A stretch of DNA of 64,000 nt, from positions 186,001 through 250,000 of the forward strand of contig LSRY02000003.1 in NCBI GenBank assembly GCA_001643675.2. Reading direction: 5' to 3'. Source of the DNA: Monocercomonoides exilis PA203. Taxonomy: Eukaryota > Protista > Preaxostyla. The notes beneath the pieces are model-generated. The model saw only the letters and a program-made list of their open reading frames with translations, made no database searches and was not told the origin of the DNA. Of the stretch, positions 25,073 through 38,300 are shown in pieces (positions within the stretch are counted from its first letter, which is position 1; the number at the start of each line of letters is the position of its first letter). Made by a program: the position numbers and the translations under genes.

Positions 25073-28000
25073 ATGAAAGTCGCATTCAATATTATTGCAT
25101 TGCTATTACTTGTTGTTAACTGCTTTAATGAAGAATGGATTGCAGAAAGGCAAATCCAACAAAAATGGATCGGGGAGATACATAAAGGAAAGATCAACAT
25201 TGCAGATGGAAATGCCAATAACAAACATAATGTAGACAATTCATTGGCGAAAGTTATAAAACAAGCTGGCAATCGCATCTGCTGTATTCAAACAAGTCTA
25301 AATATCGTCAACGCCTCCTTGTGTGTGACCCATCTCAACATCATCCCTCTCAGCGGTTGTCCATTCCTCACTGCCCAACACCACTCATCTGCCACCATCT
25401 GTTCCTCCACTTGCCAAGTCAACCCAGCAACAAAATCTCCACTTTTCCTCTCTGCCCATGCCTCCCTCGCCCTCACAAACTTCTCCCTCACCACCCACCA
25501 ACCTGCCATCCTCTCCTTCCCCCTCTTCTCCACCCCAAACAATCTCCTCCCAGATACCCACTCCCCAATCCCTGCCTCCTTCTCCATCTCTCACTCCTCG
25601 TTCTCCTCGTTCATCTCCCTCGTCCAGCCCTTCCTTTTTTCTCCTTCTTCCCTCTCTTCCCCTTCCCCTTCCCCTTCCCCTTCTCCATCTCCATCCCTTT
25701 CCCCTTCTCCTTCCTCGTCCTCATCCTCATCCTCATCCTCTTCTTTTTCTTCGCCTTCCTCTTCCTCTTCCCCTTCCATTTCCTCTTCCCCTTCCCCTTC
25801 CCCTCTCCATATCCATCACCAATCCCATCCCCACCTCCAAATCCATCTCAATCTCCATCTCTCAAACACCATCTTCTCCAACATCTCATCTCCTCAATCC
25901 CCTCGATCTCTTCCATCCCTTCACTCACACTTACTCAATCCTTTCACCTCAACCACTTCTTCCTCTTCTCTCTATTCCACTTCCACCAACACCAACACCA
26001 ATTTAATCCCCTCCTTCTCCCTTCACTCATCCCTCTCCATCCACTCATCCATCTTCCTCCACACCCACAACCCCATCGATGGAACCATTCTCCCAGACCT
26101 CAACAGCCCATCCACTTCTCTATCTGCCTTCAACACTTCTTTCCTCCACCAAACACGATCTTCAGCCAATACTGCTGTCGTGCATGTCGGATCTGAATCT
26201 CAAAGAGTGAAACTTGGAAGATTGGGTTCATTCGATCAAAACAGTCATCGCTTCGAATGGTGCGAATGGAATAATTCAAATGGTGACTCTTCACCTGGTG
26301 GAGCACTTTATGTTTATTGTACAAATGCCAACCTCACAATTACTTCTTGTTCGTTCAATAATTGTTCATGCACAGGTAATTATAATGGTGGAGCGTTATA
26401 TTGTCAAGAATTGTTGAAAATTGACATCACAAAATCAAATTTCACAAGTTGTGAAGCAAAGCACGGAGGAGCAACTTGTATTGGTGGGTCACAATCAAAT
26501 TCCGTTAATTCATTCTCAGAAAACAGAGTGGAAAATTGTAAAATAACAAGTGTCATTGGAACTGGTTGGTACTTTTGGCTCAACGAAATGACACCAACAG
26601 GTCAATTCCTGTTTTCCAAATGCAAGTGCATCTCAAATTCAGGTGGTGATTCTGCTGGTTCTTTAACATTTTATAATCCTCCACAAAATAAACCGAATCA
26701 ATTTTTAGTCAGTGATTGCCAGTTTATAAACAATAAATTGACTGCCTCTTCCACATATGGCGGCGCTGCAATTTTCTTCTATTCAACTTATTCCTGGATG
26801 AATGGAATGAAATTCATCACATTCTGCTTTTTCGATGGCAACACAGCAACAAATGGAAGGGGAAATGATGTGTTCTTTTACGGAAGTGATATTTCCCAAT
26901 CCCCATTCCAGCAATGTGGATCAACAACTCCAACAAATCGAGTGTGGAATCAAGGAACAGCTGACAATGCAGTGTACAACAGATGGCTCCCTCTCATAAC
27001 AACATTCAAAATCGTATCAAATAATGGAACAAATACTGATCTCTGCGGAATTACACAACTCAGTCCATGCAAAACAATTGAGTTCGCTCTTGTTTGCATG
27101 ACAGATACACAAGACGCTTCTCTCACCCTCCTCTCCTCAACATTTGTTCCAACCCAAACACTCACCTTCAGCGCTGTTGACACCATAATCACTGGAAATG
27201 GCACATCAGCCACCACCATCGCCTCCAGTGGCATTCCCCAACCACCAAACTCACATTCACAGTCATCACAGTCATCATCATCTCTTTCCTCATTTTCATC
27301 CTTGTCATCATCATCAACATCTTCTTCACCAGATCCATCTGCCACTTCTGCCCTCTTCCAACAGACCCAGGGCTCCCTCACAGTCTCTGCTCTCGCCATC
27401 GCCCACAACTCCACAAATACAATCACCCCCATCCTCTTCCACCTCTCCGATAACTCCCCTTCCCTCAACCTCAACACAACCACCATCACCGGAGCAACCT
27501 CCATAACAATAGAAACACCCCTCTTCTTCCTCACTGCTGGCTCCCTCGCCCTCAACCACACAGCAATCACACAACTCACCCTCAACAGCCAAAGCATCTT
27601 CCACCTCACCTCCCTCACAGCACCACTCACCCTCAACTCCTCCAACATCACCCACATCACCTCCACAGCCACTCCCACCAGCTGTGTCCTCTCCTCTGCC
27701 ACCTCCCCTGCCCTCTCCCTCTCCCTCGCCAACTGCACCATTACCAGTATCAACTCAGAACAGTTGAGCCAACAGACTGCCACCAATGGCGGGTGCATCT
27801 CATTCGCCTCATCCACCTCTACCAATACGTTTTCAGTGAGTGATTCCACCTTCTCCAGCTGCTGCGTGAGCGAGGATGCCAGCAATGGTGGAAAAGGTGG
27901 AGGAATATATTTGGATTGCAGTTCAAATGAAGAAGCATTTCAGCTGTCATCGATATCGTTTTCTGGGTGCAGGGCAACTGTTGGGAAGAACATATTTGTG

Positions 28001-31000
28001 AAGAGCAGCAATCTGGTGAACAGTGTGAATACAGAGCGTTTTGCATTTGATTGCACAGATTACAAGGATGATGAGAATGCATTTGTTGGGGAAGATGGGA
28101 AATATGGAGAAATGGATCTTCGAGTGTTTCTTGTTTCTTTGAAGTGGATGGTTGTGTCTGTTTCGAAAGATGGGCATAACACATTGGGATGTGGAAGTGA
28201 TGTGTTTCCTTGTTATTCGATTGAGCATGGACTAATGCATTTGACATCTGAATATGTGAGCCTGTTGTATGTTGACACTGAGAGTGTGATTGGGGAAGAG
28301 ATAAGTCTGAAAGAGATGAATTTGAGTTCAAAGAGCAGAGGCTTGTGTGAAGTTGAAGTGAAATCAATGATTGAAAAAACAAAAGGGGAATTGATAACAA
28401 CAACAGGAACAGTCTCATTGATGAGAGTGAACTTTGTGTTTGATGCAAATTTCATCTCTTCACATGAATCATTGATATCACCAGAAGGAGGAATTCTTGA
28501 AATTGTGAATTGTTCATTCGCTTCAAAACAATCAACGGAAGGAGTTAATGCAGAATTTGCAAATATTCAATTCCACATAATCAATATGGGAAAAGGAGAA
28601 TTACAACTCGATGGATGCACAATGTCAAATCTCATTCTTCATGAATCTGCATTATCTCTTTCATCACCGCTTCCATCAGTGATTGATTCATTAACTGTTT
28701 GCAATTCAACAAAAAAATCCTCTCTGATAAACATTAATGAATGTGGTCAATTAACAATTAAAGATTTCTATACAGAAAATATCACAGTTGAAGGAAATGA
28801 AGAATCATTGATATCTTGCTTGACAATGAAAAAGACAATGCAATTGACAAATTGCACAATGGGTGGAGTCAGTTCAAAGGCCACAAAAGGAAAATTGATG
28901 AAATTGGAGAATTGTTTGGATGTGAAAATGGACAGTTGCATTTTTGATGGAAGTTTAAAGGAAAGAAATGAGAAGAATTTGAATGAAGGGGAAGAGATGT
29001 GCAGATGGGATGGATCTGTCGTGGATGTTGTGAAGAGTTCTGTGATGATGAAAGATACAACAATATCGAATTCACCAGAAGGTGGAATAACAATGAGTGG
29101 AGGAAATGTGATAATTGAGAAAGGAGAATTTTTGAATAACAATCCATCAATTGAAGGATATCCATCATTGAGAAGAAATATCATTTGTTCAGGTTCAGGA
29201 ACATTGAATGTGATGAGTTTGAAAGGAGGAGATGGATTGAAGGATAATACTTCACTCTGGATGTTGAATGAAGGATGCAGTTTTGAAGGGATTGCTTTAG
29301 AAAGGGATTCATCATTCTTCATTCCTGTGTTGGAAAGTGCAGAAGCAAAAGAAACAACAGATAGATTGAAGCTGACATTTAAAGGGATGCTTCTTGTTCC
29401 ATGCAATCTTTCATTCTCTGTTGTGAAGAGAAATAAAGAAAAGAAAGAGATTGAACAACATAATTTTGATTCAAATGGATTTTTGTCAGAAAGAGAAGTT
29501 GAAGGAAGTGTGGGAATAGATCTTATCAGCAGTTGTGGAGATGAAATTGAGGTGAGTGTGCACATTTTGTTTGGGAATGCAGAGTCTCCTTCCTCAACAC
29601 AGCCATTTATTCTGAAAAATGCAAGTGAACCTCAATCAAAAGGTGATGAAAAACTTGTAGAAGGAGGAAAAGAAGGAAAATCATCATGGGCATCTGTTGT
29701 AATTGCGATATTTGCTGTGTTGTTTTTGATTGCTTTGATTGGATTTATTTTGTTTGTTATTCGATGGAAGAAAGCGAAGAACGAGAATAAAGATCTGAGA
29801 AAGATTGTGAATAATAACATCAAAAAGGATCCGAAGGCGTTTGAGATGGTGACGATGGAGATGTCACCAGAGGAACAGTGGAGGAGAGAAGAGAAGAAGA
29901 ATGAAGAGAATGCAAAGAAGAGGGTGTATGAGAAAACAATGGAGCATTCAGAGTCATCAGAGTATCTGTTGAGTGAGAGTGGATCAACAGAATACATATT
30001 GGGGAAAGATTCAGACAAAATTCCTGAATGGGTACTTGAAAAGGAAGATGAAAAAGAAGAAGAGGAGGAAACAAGAAGGAGATCACCATCACCATCCATT
30101 TCATCCACAGATACAGAAACTACCTTTGTTCGAATGGAGGATCTGTGCCCCACGACCTCGTCAATGTCAAACTTAGTGGATGCAATGGCCTGTTCATCTC
30201 CACATGAGAAGCTGATTGTGGATTTGAGGGATTCTTTGTTCATGTTGCTTCATGGAAGAAATGAGAAGAAGGAGATGGAAATCGGGAGTCTTCAACAAAG
30301 AGAACAAACAGCTGCACAAATCCTGTTCTGGGTGGCAAATCTTTCGCTCCATTCCTTTGACGAGATGGAAAATCCTCTTTCATCCTTGGAAAATCTGAGT
30401 CCGCACATTGTGCTGTTCTCAGAACATATGGTGATCTGCATTGTGATGCATTCAGACTTATTGTCAGATGATGATTCAGACTCGTCATCCATCTCTTCAT
30501 CAACAGTTGCGACATCTGCAAGTGATGATGATGATGATGATGATGATGAAGATGATGATGACTCTCTTCCTTCATCAGCGTTTGAGGATGATGAGAATAG
30601 TTTCAAAAAAGAGTGCCTGAGGTGGAAGGCGCCCGAGCTGCAGGTGAACAGGAAGAGGGAAGCGACGAAGGAGTCAGTGTCATTCTCGATTGGGATGATG
30701 CTGTGGGAGTGTGTGACACTGGAGATCCCGTTTGGAGAATATCCAGCAGAGGTGGCAGGGGAGAAGATTGGGATGTTTGAGATGCCGAACATGGCAGGTG
30801 CAGAGGGATCGTCGCTTTGGAGTGTTGTGAAGGGGTGTGTGGAGCAGGAGGCTTCGAGGAGGATGACTCTCGTGGAAGTGAAGCGGGAGCTGATTTCGCA
30901 CTTCCCGAAGGATGCATTGGTGATGACGATGTCAGATGCAGTGGAGGTGGTGGAAACACGAAGAGAAGAGGGGGATGAAAGGGATGGGATGGATGAGAAG

Positions 31001-31036
31001 GAAGGAAAGAAAGTGAAGGAAGGGGAATGCAATTGA
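25073..31036 (+). CDS. Type I membrane protein: signal peptide, Pmp-like beta-helix repeats, TM segment, cytoplasmic partial tyrosine-kinase-like domain (1987 aa, intronless)
   Basis: Signal MKVAFNIIALLLLVVNC. Repeated GGA(L/I) and FxxC/N motifs. TM segment VVIAIFAVLFLIALIGFILFVI followed by RWKK. C-terminal LRWKAPEL, FSIGMMLWEC, IPFG and C......RRMTL kinase C-lobe motifs. Confidence 0.9.
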   Translation: MKVAFNIIALLLLVVNCFNEEWIAERQIQQKWIGEIHKGKINIADGNANNKHNVDNSLAKVIKQAGNRICCIQTSLNIVNASLCVTHLNIIPLSGCPFLTAQHHSSATICSSTCQVNPATKSPLFLSAHASLALTNFSLTTHQPAILSFPLFSTPNNLLPDTHSPIPASFSISHSSFSSFISLVQPFLFSPSSLSSPSPSPSPSPSPSLSPSPSSSSSSSSSSSFSSPSSSSSPSISSSPSPSPLHIHHQSHPHLQIHLNLHLSNTIFSNISSPQSPRSLPSLHSHLLNPFTSTTSSSSLYSTSTNTNTNLIPSFSLHSSLSIHSSIFLHTHNPIDGTILPDLNSPSTSLSAFNTSFLHQTRSSANTAVVHVGSESQRVKLGRLGSFDQNSHRFEWCEWNNSNGDSSPGGALYVYCTNANLTITSCSFNNCSCTGNYNGGALYCQELLKIDITKSNFTSCEAKHGGATCIGGSQSNSVNSFSENRVENCKITSVIGTGWYFWLNEMTPTGQFLFSKCKCISNSGGDSAGSLTFYNPPQNKPNQFLVSDCQFINNKLTASSTYGGAAIFFYSTYSWMNGMKFITFCFFDGNTATNGRGNDVFFYGSDISQSPFQQCGSTTPTNRVWNQGTADNAVYNRWLPLITTFKIVSNNGTNTDLCGITQLSPCKTIEFALVCMTDTQDASLTLLSSTFVPTQTLTFSAVDTIITGNGTSATTIASSGIPQPPNSHSQSSQSSSSLSSFSSLSSSSTSSSPDPSATSALFQQTQGSLTVSALAIAHNSTNTITPILFHLSDNSPSLNLNTTTITGATSITIETPLFFLTAGSLALNHTAITQLTLNSQSIFHLTSLTAPLTLNSSNITHITSTATPTSCVLSSATSPALSLSLANCTITSINSEQLSQQTATNGGCISFASSTSTNTFSVSDSTFSSCCVSEDASNGGKGGGIYLDCSSNEEAFQLSSISFSGCRATVGKNIFVKSSNLVNSVNTERFAFDCTDYKDDENAFVGEDGKYGEMDLRVFLVSLKWMVVSVSKDGHNTLGCGSDVFPCYSIEHGLMHLTSEYVSLLYVDTESVIGEEISLKEMNLSSKSRGLCEVEVKSMIEKTKGELITTTGTVSLMRVNFVFDANFISSHESLISPEGGILEIVNCSFASKQSTEGVNAEFANIQFHIINMGKGELQLDGCTMSNLILHESALSLSSPLPSVIDSLTVCNSTKKSSLININECGQLTIKDFYTENITVEGNEESLISCLTMKKTMQLTNCTMGGVSSKATKGKLMKLENCLDVKMDSCIFDGSLKERNEKNLNEGEEMCRWDGSVVDVVKSSVMMKDTTISNSPEGGITMSGGNVIIEKGEFLNNNPSIEGYPSLRRNIICSGSGTLNVMSLKGGDGLKDNTSLWMLNEGCSFEGIALERDSSFFIPVLESAEAKETTDRLKLTFKGMLLVPCNLSFSVVKRNKEKKEIEQHNFDSNGFLSEREVEGSVGIDLISSCGDEIEVSVHILFGNAESPSSTQPFILKNASEPQSKGDEKLVEGGKEGKSSWASVVIAIFAVLFLIALIGFILFVIRWKKAKNENKDLRKIVNNNIKKDPKAFEMVTMEMSPEEQWRREEKKNEENAKKRVYEKTMEHSESSEYLLSESGSTEYILGKDSDKIPEWVLEKEDEKEEEEETRRRSPSPSISSTDTETTFVRMEDLCPTTSSMSNLVDAMACSSPHEKLIVDLRDSLFMLLHGRNEKKEMEIGSLQQREQTAAQILFWVANLSLHSFDEMENPLSSLENLSPHIVLFSEHMVICIVMHSDLLSDDDSDSSSISSSTVATSASDDDDDDDDEDDDDSLPSSAFEDDENSFKKECLRWKAPELQVNRKREATKESVSFSIGMMLWECVTLEIPFGEYPAEVAGEKIGMFEMPNMAGAEGSSLWSVVKGCVEQEASRRMTLVEVKRELISHFPKDALVMTMSDAVEVVETRREEGDERDGMDEKEGKKVKEGECN

Positions 31037-32375
31037 GAAAAAAATGAGATGAAAGGGGAAATGAACAAAACAAAGAGAAAAAGGTGCGAGAATGGTGAAT
31101 GAATGAAAAAGTGTTTATTTTTCAGATTATGCACATGAAAGGGGATGGATAGTGAAGAAAATGTGAGGAATGAAAATGCACTGAAATGAAGAAAGAATGA
31201 ATTTGAGAAATATGAAAATGAAAGATATCTTTTTATTGATTGCTTTTGCTTTCGCAATGTATTTTGTTTTACCCGTTTATTTGAAGCTTTTTCAGATTTT
31301 TGTGATTTTTGTGTGAATTTGATTTGTTGAGAATTTCACATCTAATTTTGTTTGAAAAGTGCTTCAATGGAGGTTGGATTGCATGTGATATTTGTAGTTA
31401 TTCTTATTTTGTATGTATGCAGTGTGTATGCATATATATATGTTAATATGTACTTTATATGTATTTTTTATGTATTTATATGCAGCGATGTATTTGTGTG
31501 TGTCTTGTTTTTTTGTTTGAACGCTTCAGACACATTTGGTTCTTCTTTTTGTAAAATGAATAGAAAACAACAAATGAAAGATGTGAGAATCTTTTTTTTT
31601 TCATATGAAACGTACAGATAACTGAATGAGCAGAAGACACGAAAACTGAGCGAAAGTTAAAAATCATCTAATTTCAAGAATAATTTATGTTTTTAGAGAA
31701 TTCGATTTTTCTGTAACACTTGAGATAATTCAAAATGAGAATTATGAAAACAAAAACAATTTATCAAGCAACAAATTTTATTGTAATTTGAAGCCCAAAA
31801 GAGTTTTATTTTCTATCTCTTAAGATTTTGTTAAAACATATTTTGCACTTTTTTTTGGTGTTAAAACAGTATTAACACAAACTAAATACAAGTGTTTTAA
31901 TCATTTAAAATTTTTAATTGCACCAGAATTATTTATGTTTTCACAAATAAAATTATCCGATGAAAACATATCGAACAAAATATTTCACTTTTTGAATATC
32001 GTTCCACACTTTTTTCTAATATATATCTAAAATTTTCAATCTATCTTATTTCATTTTGAATTGAAATTTTAAGCTTATTCTTATTGTATTACAAAAAAAG
32101 TTAAAAACAAATCTATGTTTTTTTTATCAATGCAATAATTGCTCCACAAATGGGATTAAATTTTTTGTTTTATGAATTTTGTTCCACACAGTTCTTTCAA
32201 AGGTTTTTATCGATTTTTCATATTTTTTTATTTAATATTGCACTACAATTTCAGTTTTGAAATTATACGATTGCAGAAAAAGTCTGGAGCAAATCATTGA
32301 ATTTTTCATAAATGCAAAAATTCTGCACCAAAAGTGAATACATATTCCATTTTATTTTATATTGGCTTAAGATCA

Positions 32376-35300
32376 ATGGAAAATAAAAATATTACTATTG
32401 ATGATTCAAATAACGCATACAAATGGATTCATAGCATATGCTCGGTTTACTTTGATTTAGATATTGGGCAAACAATCGAGTGGACAATCGGAAAGAGACT
32501 TACAAAACAGCAAAAGGCTCAATTGTATATTTATCCTTTCATTGTGAAACTCGCAGTTGAATGATAATTATTATTTCGTATTAAAACCGCTTTTTCTTTT
32601 TCTTTTTTAGAAATTCGTTTGCAATACCGGACACCTCGACAATCCGATTGCAAGACAGTGTGCATTTTTTTACTCTTTTTGGTAAATGTGAAGCAAAGGG
32701 CAGAGAACAGCATACACGGCTTTATGGAACAAGCCATTTTCGACAAGTGCCAGATGCACACATTAAGAGAGGATTTTATCAGAAAGCACTTGTTATTCTC
32801 TCTCATTTGCCACTTTTTTGTTTATTTGACAAAATCATCAGAATAGCCGGTGAAAAATTTCACGGAGAGAGAGCGAACATCGGAAATCAGATTTTTTGTG
32901 AAATTTCGAAATGGCCATCTCCATTTATTGATGAATTTTTGCGTCTTCAATTCTTTGACAATACGATTGTTGAGCACTTCCCTCAAAGAGAACGCATTCC
33001 ATCAGTATTTTTTGACGACTCTTTTCCAATTGAAACAGTAAGATCTGTGCCATTTCCGCAAGATTTGAAGAAAGCATTATTCGTTTGCCGTTCGTTTATT
33101 CGCTTATTTAATATTTTACATATTTTATTGAATGTGTCTGAAGATTGACGAAAATGAGGTGCATTTATCTCATCCTACCAATGATTATTTACAATCCAAA
33201 GAGCCAAGATGTGTTGACAACAAGAACGTAGAGACTCCCCAGAAACTAAAAAAAGGGATCTTCTCCACTTTTTCGAGACTATTCAGAAAAGAAAAAACAA
33301 AGCCTCGCAATCTCCATGAAAAGAATGGAAAGCAATCTTCTCCTCAAACATCCTCAAGCAAGGCATTGGCAGAGAGCGAAAACAAGCAGAATCCGCCTTC
33401 ACCCCCACCATCCATCGAGCTTCCTCGCCATTCGCAGACTGTGGACAGCCAATCGAGTGCATTGCCTTCTCTTTTCTTTCTTTCTGGCTCAACGCATTCT
33501 CATGCAATTTCTTCAAAAGTGAGACATTTACGCACAAGATCGACATCTGTGGGAAACACTACTGCATCTGATGGCAGTGGGAAAAGCACTTCTGAAAGCG
33601 CTTCATCATCATCAGCATCAACATGTCAATCATCACCTTCAGATTCTTCTTCTTCCTCGTTGTCATCTTCAATTTCTACTTCTTTGTCTCAAGTGAATAA
33701 TTCACCCTTGTCTTCCTTTTCTACCACTACAATTGCACCGTCTTTGCTTCTCTCGCACATCACTCGTGTTCCCCTCCCTTCAGTCATTTCGACACACACA
33801 CAAGACTTCTACAGGCACATCAATCCTTCTTTCTTCTTTCCTTCTTTTTTTGACATTCTCACCAATAATTCTGCCAGCTCTTCACAATCATCGTTACTTC
33901 ATTCATCATCTCCTTCATCGTCACCTTCATCATCTCCTTCATCATCTCCTTCATCATCTCCTTTATCATCATCTTCTTCTTCTTCTTCATTGCCATCACC
34001 TTCTTCCTCGAGCACTCCGCATTTCCTCACGCAAAGTGCCACGTCGCTCGATCTGTTCTCTCTCCTCTCCTCTTTTCTGCCTCATCTGCGCTTTCTGTGG
34101 CAGCTGGTTGTCACAAACAAGCCGCTCGTTGTGTTCTCCTCGTCGGCAGCGCTTTGCTCGCGTGTTGTTCTGTCGCTGCTGTGTTTGGCTGCCCCGCTGG
34201 CTGTGGAAGGCGAATGGTATCCGTTCTGGGCACTGGGAGAGGAGGAGGACATGGACGAGAGCGAGGACGAGGACGAGGAGGAGGAGGAGGAGGAAGAAGA
34301 AGAAAAAGAGGTGGTGGCGGTTGAGGCGAAGGTGGAGGAGGAAGAAAAAGAAGAGAAGGTCAAAGAAGATGAGGGGGGAAATGAGAAAGAAAATGTAAAA
34401 ATTATTAAAGATAACGATGAAAATATGATCGATGAAATGGATGAAACAGAGAAAGAAAAAGAAAAGACAGGAAAAACAGAAAGCACAAACATATCAGATA
34501 TTCAGAATCAGCCAGAAGCAGAAAACTCGAAAGAGGAAAATAGAGTTGAAAGAGAAGTTAGTCAGATGAATGGCACTTTCAATGCCGTTCAGGTTTCTGA
34601 TGCTCAACAAGACACAAAAGAAGAGAAGATTTCTTCTGATTCAATTCAAACAGAAAAATCAAAGCCATCTTTGTCTTCGTCGGATGAAGTGGCACTTCAT
34701 CTGATGGGAGAGAAAGAAAATGCAGACAAGAAAATCGATGATGCCCAAGAGGACACAACTGGCAGTTCTGAAGAAGAGAAGGAGAATAAGGAAAATCAGG
34801 AAAAGAACGAAAAGAATGAGAAAGGTGAGAAAGATGAAGGAATAAAAGAAGAAGAGATAAAAGCTGTTCAGACACCAATGACCAAAAATGATCACAAGAA
34901 GAAGAAGAAGAAGAAGAAGAGGCCTCTTCATTCGTCGAGGGAAAACACGTTTCCTCGTTTGTTTGGCACAACATCACTTTTGATAGTCAACATTCTGGAG
35001 AAAATGAATGAGAACTTGGCTTCTGTTTCTTCTTCTTCCACTTCTTCACCTTCATCTTCATCATCTTCTCCTTCTCTTTCCTCCTCCTCCTCCTCCTCCT
35101 CTTCCTCTTCTTCTTCTTCTTCCTCTTCTTCTTCTTCTCCATCATCTGATCCTTATTCCTTCCTCTTCATCGGCGACTGGCTGAACACTCCTTCTTCTGT
35201 CGAGTATTCTCTATTGGACCAACCTCCTTTCATCGTCCCTTCTCAAAAGACTCTTCAAAATTCCTCTTCTTCTTCTTCTGCCTCTTCTTCTCATCCATCA

Positions 35301-38300
35301 AACAGCTGGATAAATTTGCCAAGTATTTTAAGTGCTTATCTTTCAGAGCCACAGAAGCAGCATGTTGTGTCTGCTCCTCAGCCAATCTATCGGTTTTCTC
35401 CTCCTCCTCCTCCTCCTCCTCTTTCTTCTTCATCATCATCTTCTTCTTCCTCTTCTTCCACTTCATCCTCCTCCTCCTCTTCTCCTTCTTTGCCATCTTC
35501 ACCTTCTTCGTCTCCATCAAATTCACCTCATATTCCATCATCACAAACATCATTTCCGCTTCATCCCATTCCACCTGAGCCTCAACTGACATCTGAGCTT
35601 ATTCCAACAAAGAAACAGGTTGATGAAACAAACACAGATGAAAATAAAAATTCTTCTGTTGAGATTTCTTCATTTGATTTGTCAACTCCAGCCAAATCTT
35701 CATCTCCTTCTTCCTCTTCTTCTTCCTTTTCTTCCACTTCATCATCATCACCTTCTTCTTCTTCTTCTTCTTCTTTATCATCTGCTTTAGACACACCACA
35801 GCGCAATTCCATCTTTTCTCTTCTGAATGAAGCCAAAGAAACAAATGCATTTGTTCCATCTGAAGCAGACAGAGAAGAAATAAACAGAAATTTTGATTCA
35901 CCAAATGTTGATCAGTCTGCTGACGATAATGTGACCTTTTCGAATTCTGATGCTTCTTCTGACTCAAAAAGCAGTTCAAATCAGCAAAATGGAACGGAAG
36001 TGCAATCACAAAAAACAAATATTTCGGAGAAAATTTTAAGCGAATCCGAAATTATTGAGGCAAAAACAGAAGAAAAGAAAGAAACAGAACAAGAAACAAA
36101 TCGCACAAACGAAGCATCTGCTGATGATATTCCATCAACTTCACCAACTGCACCTTCATCTTCCTTCTCTTCCTCTTCTTCTCTTCCCCTCGTCTCTCTC
36201 TCTCCTCCTTCAAACCTCGTTCCTGTTCCGCCTCCGCCTCGCAAGCCGCTTGCAGCTCCATTTGCTTTGAAGTATCTTCTTCCTTCTTTTCCTCCTCTTT
36301 CTGTTCTTATCCCGCACATCCCATTGAGCTCACTGCATTCCATTCCCTTGTTTCTCTTCTCTCTTTCACACACTTTCTCCTCAGAGCTGAAGAAGGTTTC
36401 TTATCCCTCTTCACAATCATCCACGTCATCTTTGCCTTTATTGTCATCTCCATCATCATCATCATCTTCTTCTTCTTCTTCTTCCTCTTCTTCTCTTCCT
36501 CAGTTTTCATTCAAATCTTCATTCAATGAAGTCTCTTCGTTTGCTCCTTTCTCCTCACCCACACTCACAACCATCTTTCACAACACAGCTCCCTTTTTCG
36601 CTCAGCCAGCAAACGCATCTTCTCCTTCATCCTCTTCTTCTTCCTCTTCTTCATCTTCTCCTCTCTCTTTCTCTTCACCTCATCAATTATCACATTTCAC
36701 TCCTTCCTCTTCTCCTTCTCTTTCTCCATGTATTTCCTCCCCCTCTTTTCCCTCTCTTCCCTCTCCTCCTCTTCATTCTCTCCATCAGTCATGCTATCCC
36801 TGGTGCCAGGGCATCGCCTCCACACAGCAGATGCTCCTTCTCCCAGACATCTCTCTCCTCAACAGCATCAACCGCAGAATGAAGGCAGTCAGCAGAGAAT
36901 TGCAGCTGTGGAAGCAGAGTCAGCAGCAGAGTCAGCAGCAGAGGAAGGGAAATGAGTTTGTGTTGGTTGACGAGCAGATGCCTTCACCTTCGCCTTCATC
37001 TTTGTCTTCGCCTCTGCCTTCTGATGGAAAGAAAGAAGGAAACAGTCAAAGGAATGAAGAGCTGTCCAAACAGAACAATAACAACGAAGCTGCAGCAAAC
37101 ACATCATCAACACCGAAGTTGTCCTCATATTCTGTACCTTCAACTGATTTTTCTCTTTTAGAAGCCACAATCGAGTCAGTTTCTTTGGAAATTCGAAGAT
37201 CCTTTGAAAAACTCACCACCGCTTTTCTGGAGCCTTTCAATGCGTATTTTGCTTCGTCGCTTCCTGAACAGGTGTGCGAGAAGAGGAAAAGGAGGGAGTA
37301 TATGAAGAGCAATGGATTGCAGAGAAGGAAGCAAAAAGAATTAGAAAAAGAAAAAGAAAAAAGTAAAATTGATAAGGATGATGCAGTCGAACGTGAAGAG
37401 GAAACTGCTTCTTCTTCTGCTTCTTCTGTTTCAACAACAACTTTTGATTCGAATTCTGATGATTATGATGATGATGATATTGACAACAGTGAAGAAGAAA
37501 GAGAAGGTGCCAAAGAAGTGAACAGAGCCAAAAAAGGAATAAACAAGCAAGACACAACATATGCTGCATATCCCTTTTCTGAGCCGTCTCCTCTCCTTCC
37601 ATTTGACAAGCAGGTGTTTCTCTCTTTTCTGTCGCGTCATTCTGATCTTGTGGATGTTCCGTGTGCCTCCAAAGAAGACATGTTAGAGTTGTATTCGCAG
37701 TTCATTGACAGCGACAACTTTGCTGGCTGGCTGAAAAGGAGGACAGCTTTGAGGGATGCAGAGATTGAGCTGATGAATGAGCAGAGCAGGATACGATGGC
37801 TGATGGATGTGGAGAGGAGGAAGGAGAGAAGGGAGAGAAGGGAGAGGAAAGAGAGGAAAGAAAATAAAAAGAGGAGCACAATGAAGAATGACGAAGATAC
37901 TGGAAATGATGAAAAGAAAGAGGAGGCTGATTGTGCAAAGAGCAAAGAAAACCAAAAGAGAAAAGAGAGAAAAATCAAAAAGCAGATTAAAGAATTGCAG
38001 ATAGCACACGACTGGCTGTGTGATCGTGTTCAGAATGAGATGAAGATTAAGCAATTTGAAGAGAAATTGTTGTTGATGAGCAAAGACGATGACGAATCGA
38101 AAGCATCGCCAAAAGAAGGAGAAGCAGCTGCTGTTATGACAAGTAGCGTGAATGACTGTTCGGCAACCGCCGGAAAGAGTGATGGTGGTGTGATGGAAAA
38201 GCTTAAGAAATTGGGTCTGCTGTTCCGTTCGCCTCTTCAGCAGCTGTCTTCGTTTGGTCCGACACTTCCATATAACTCCTCATCAAGTGGGCCTTTTTCA

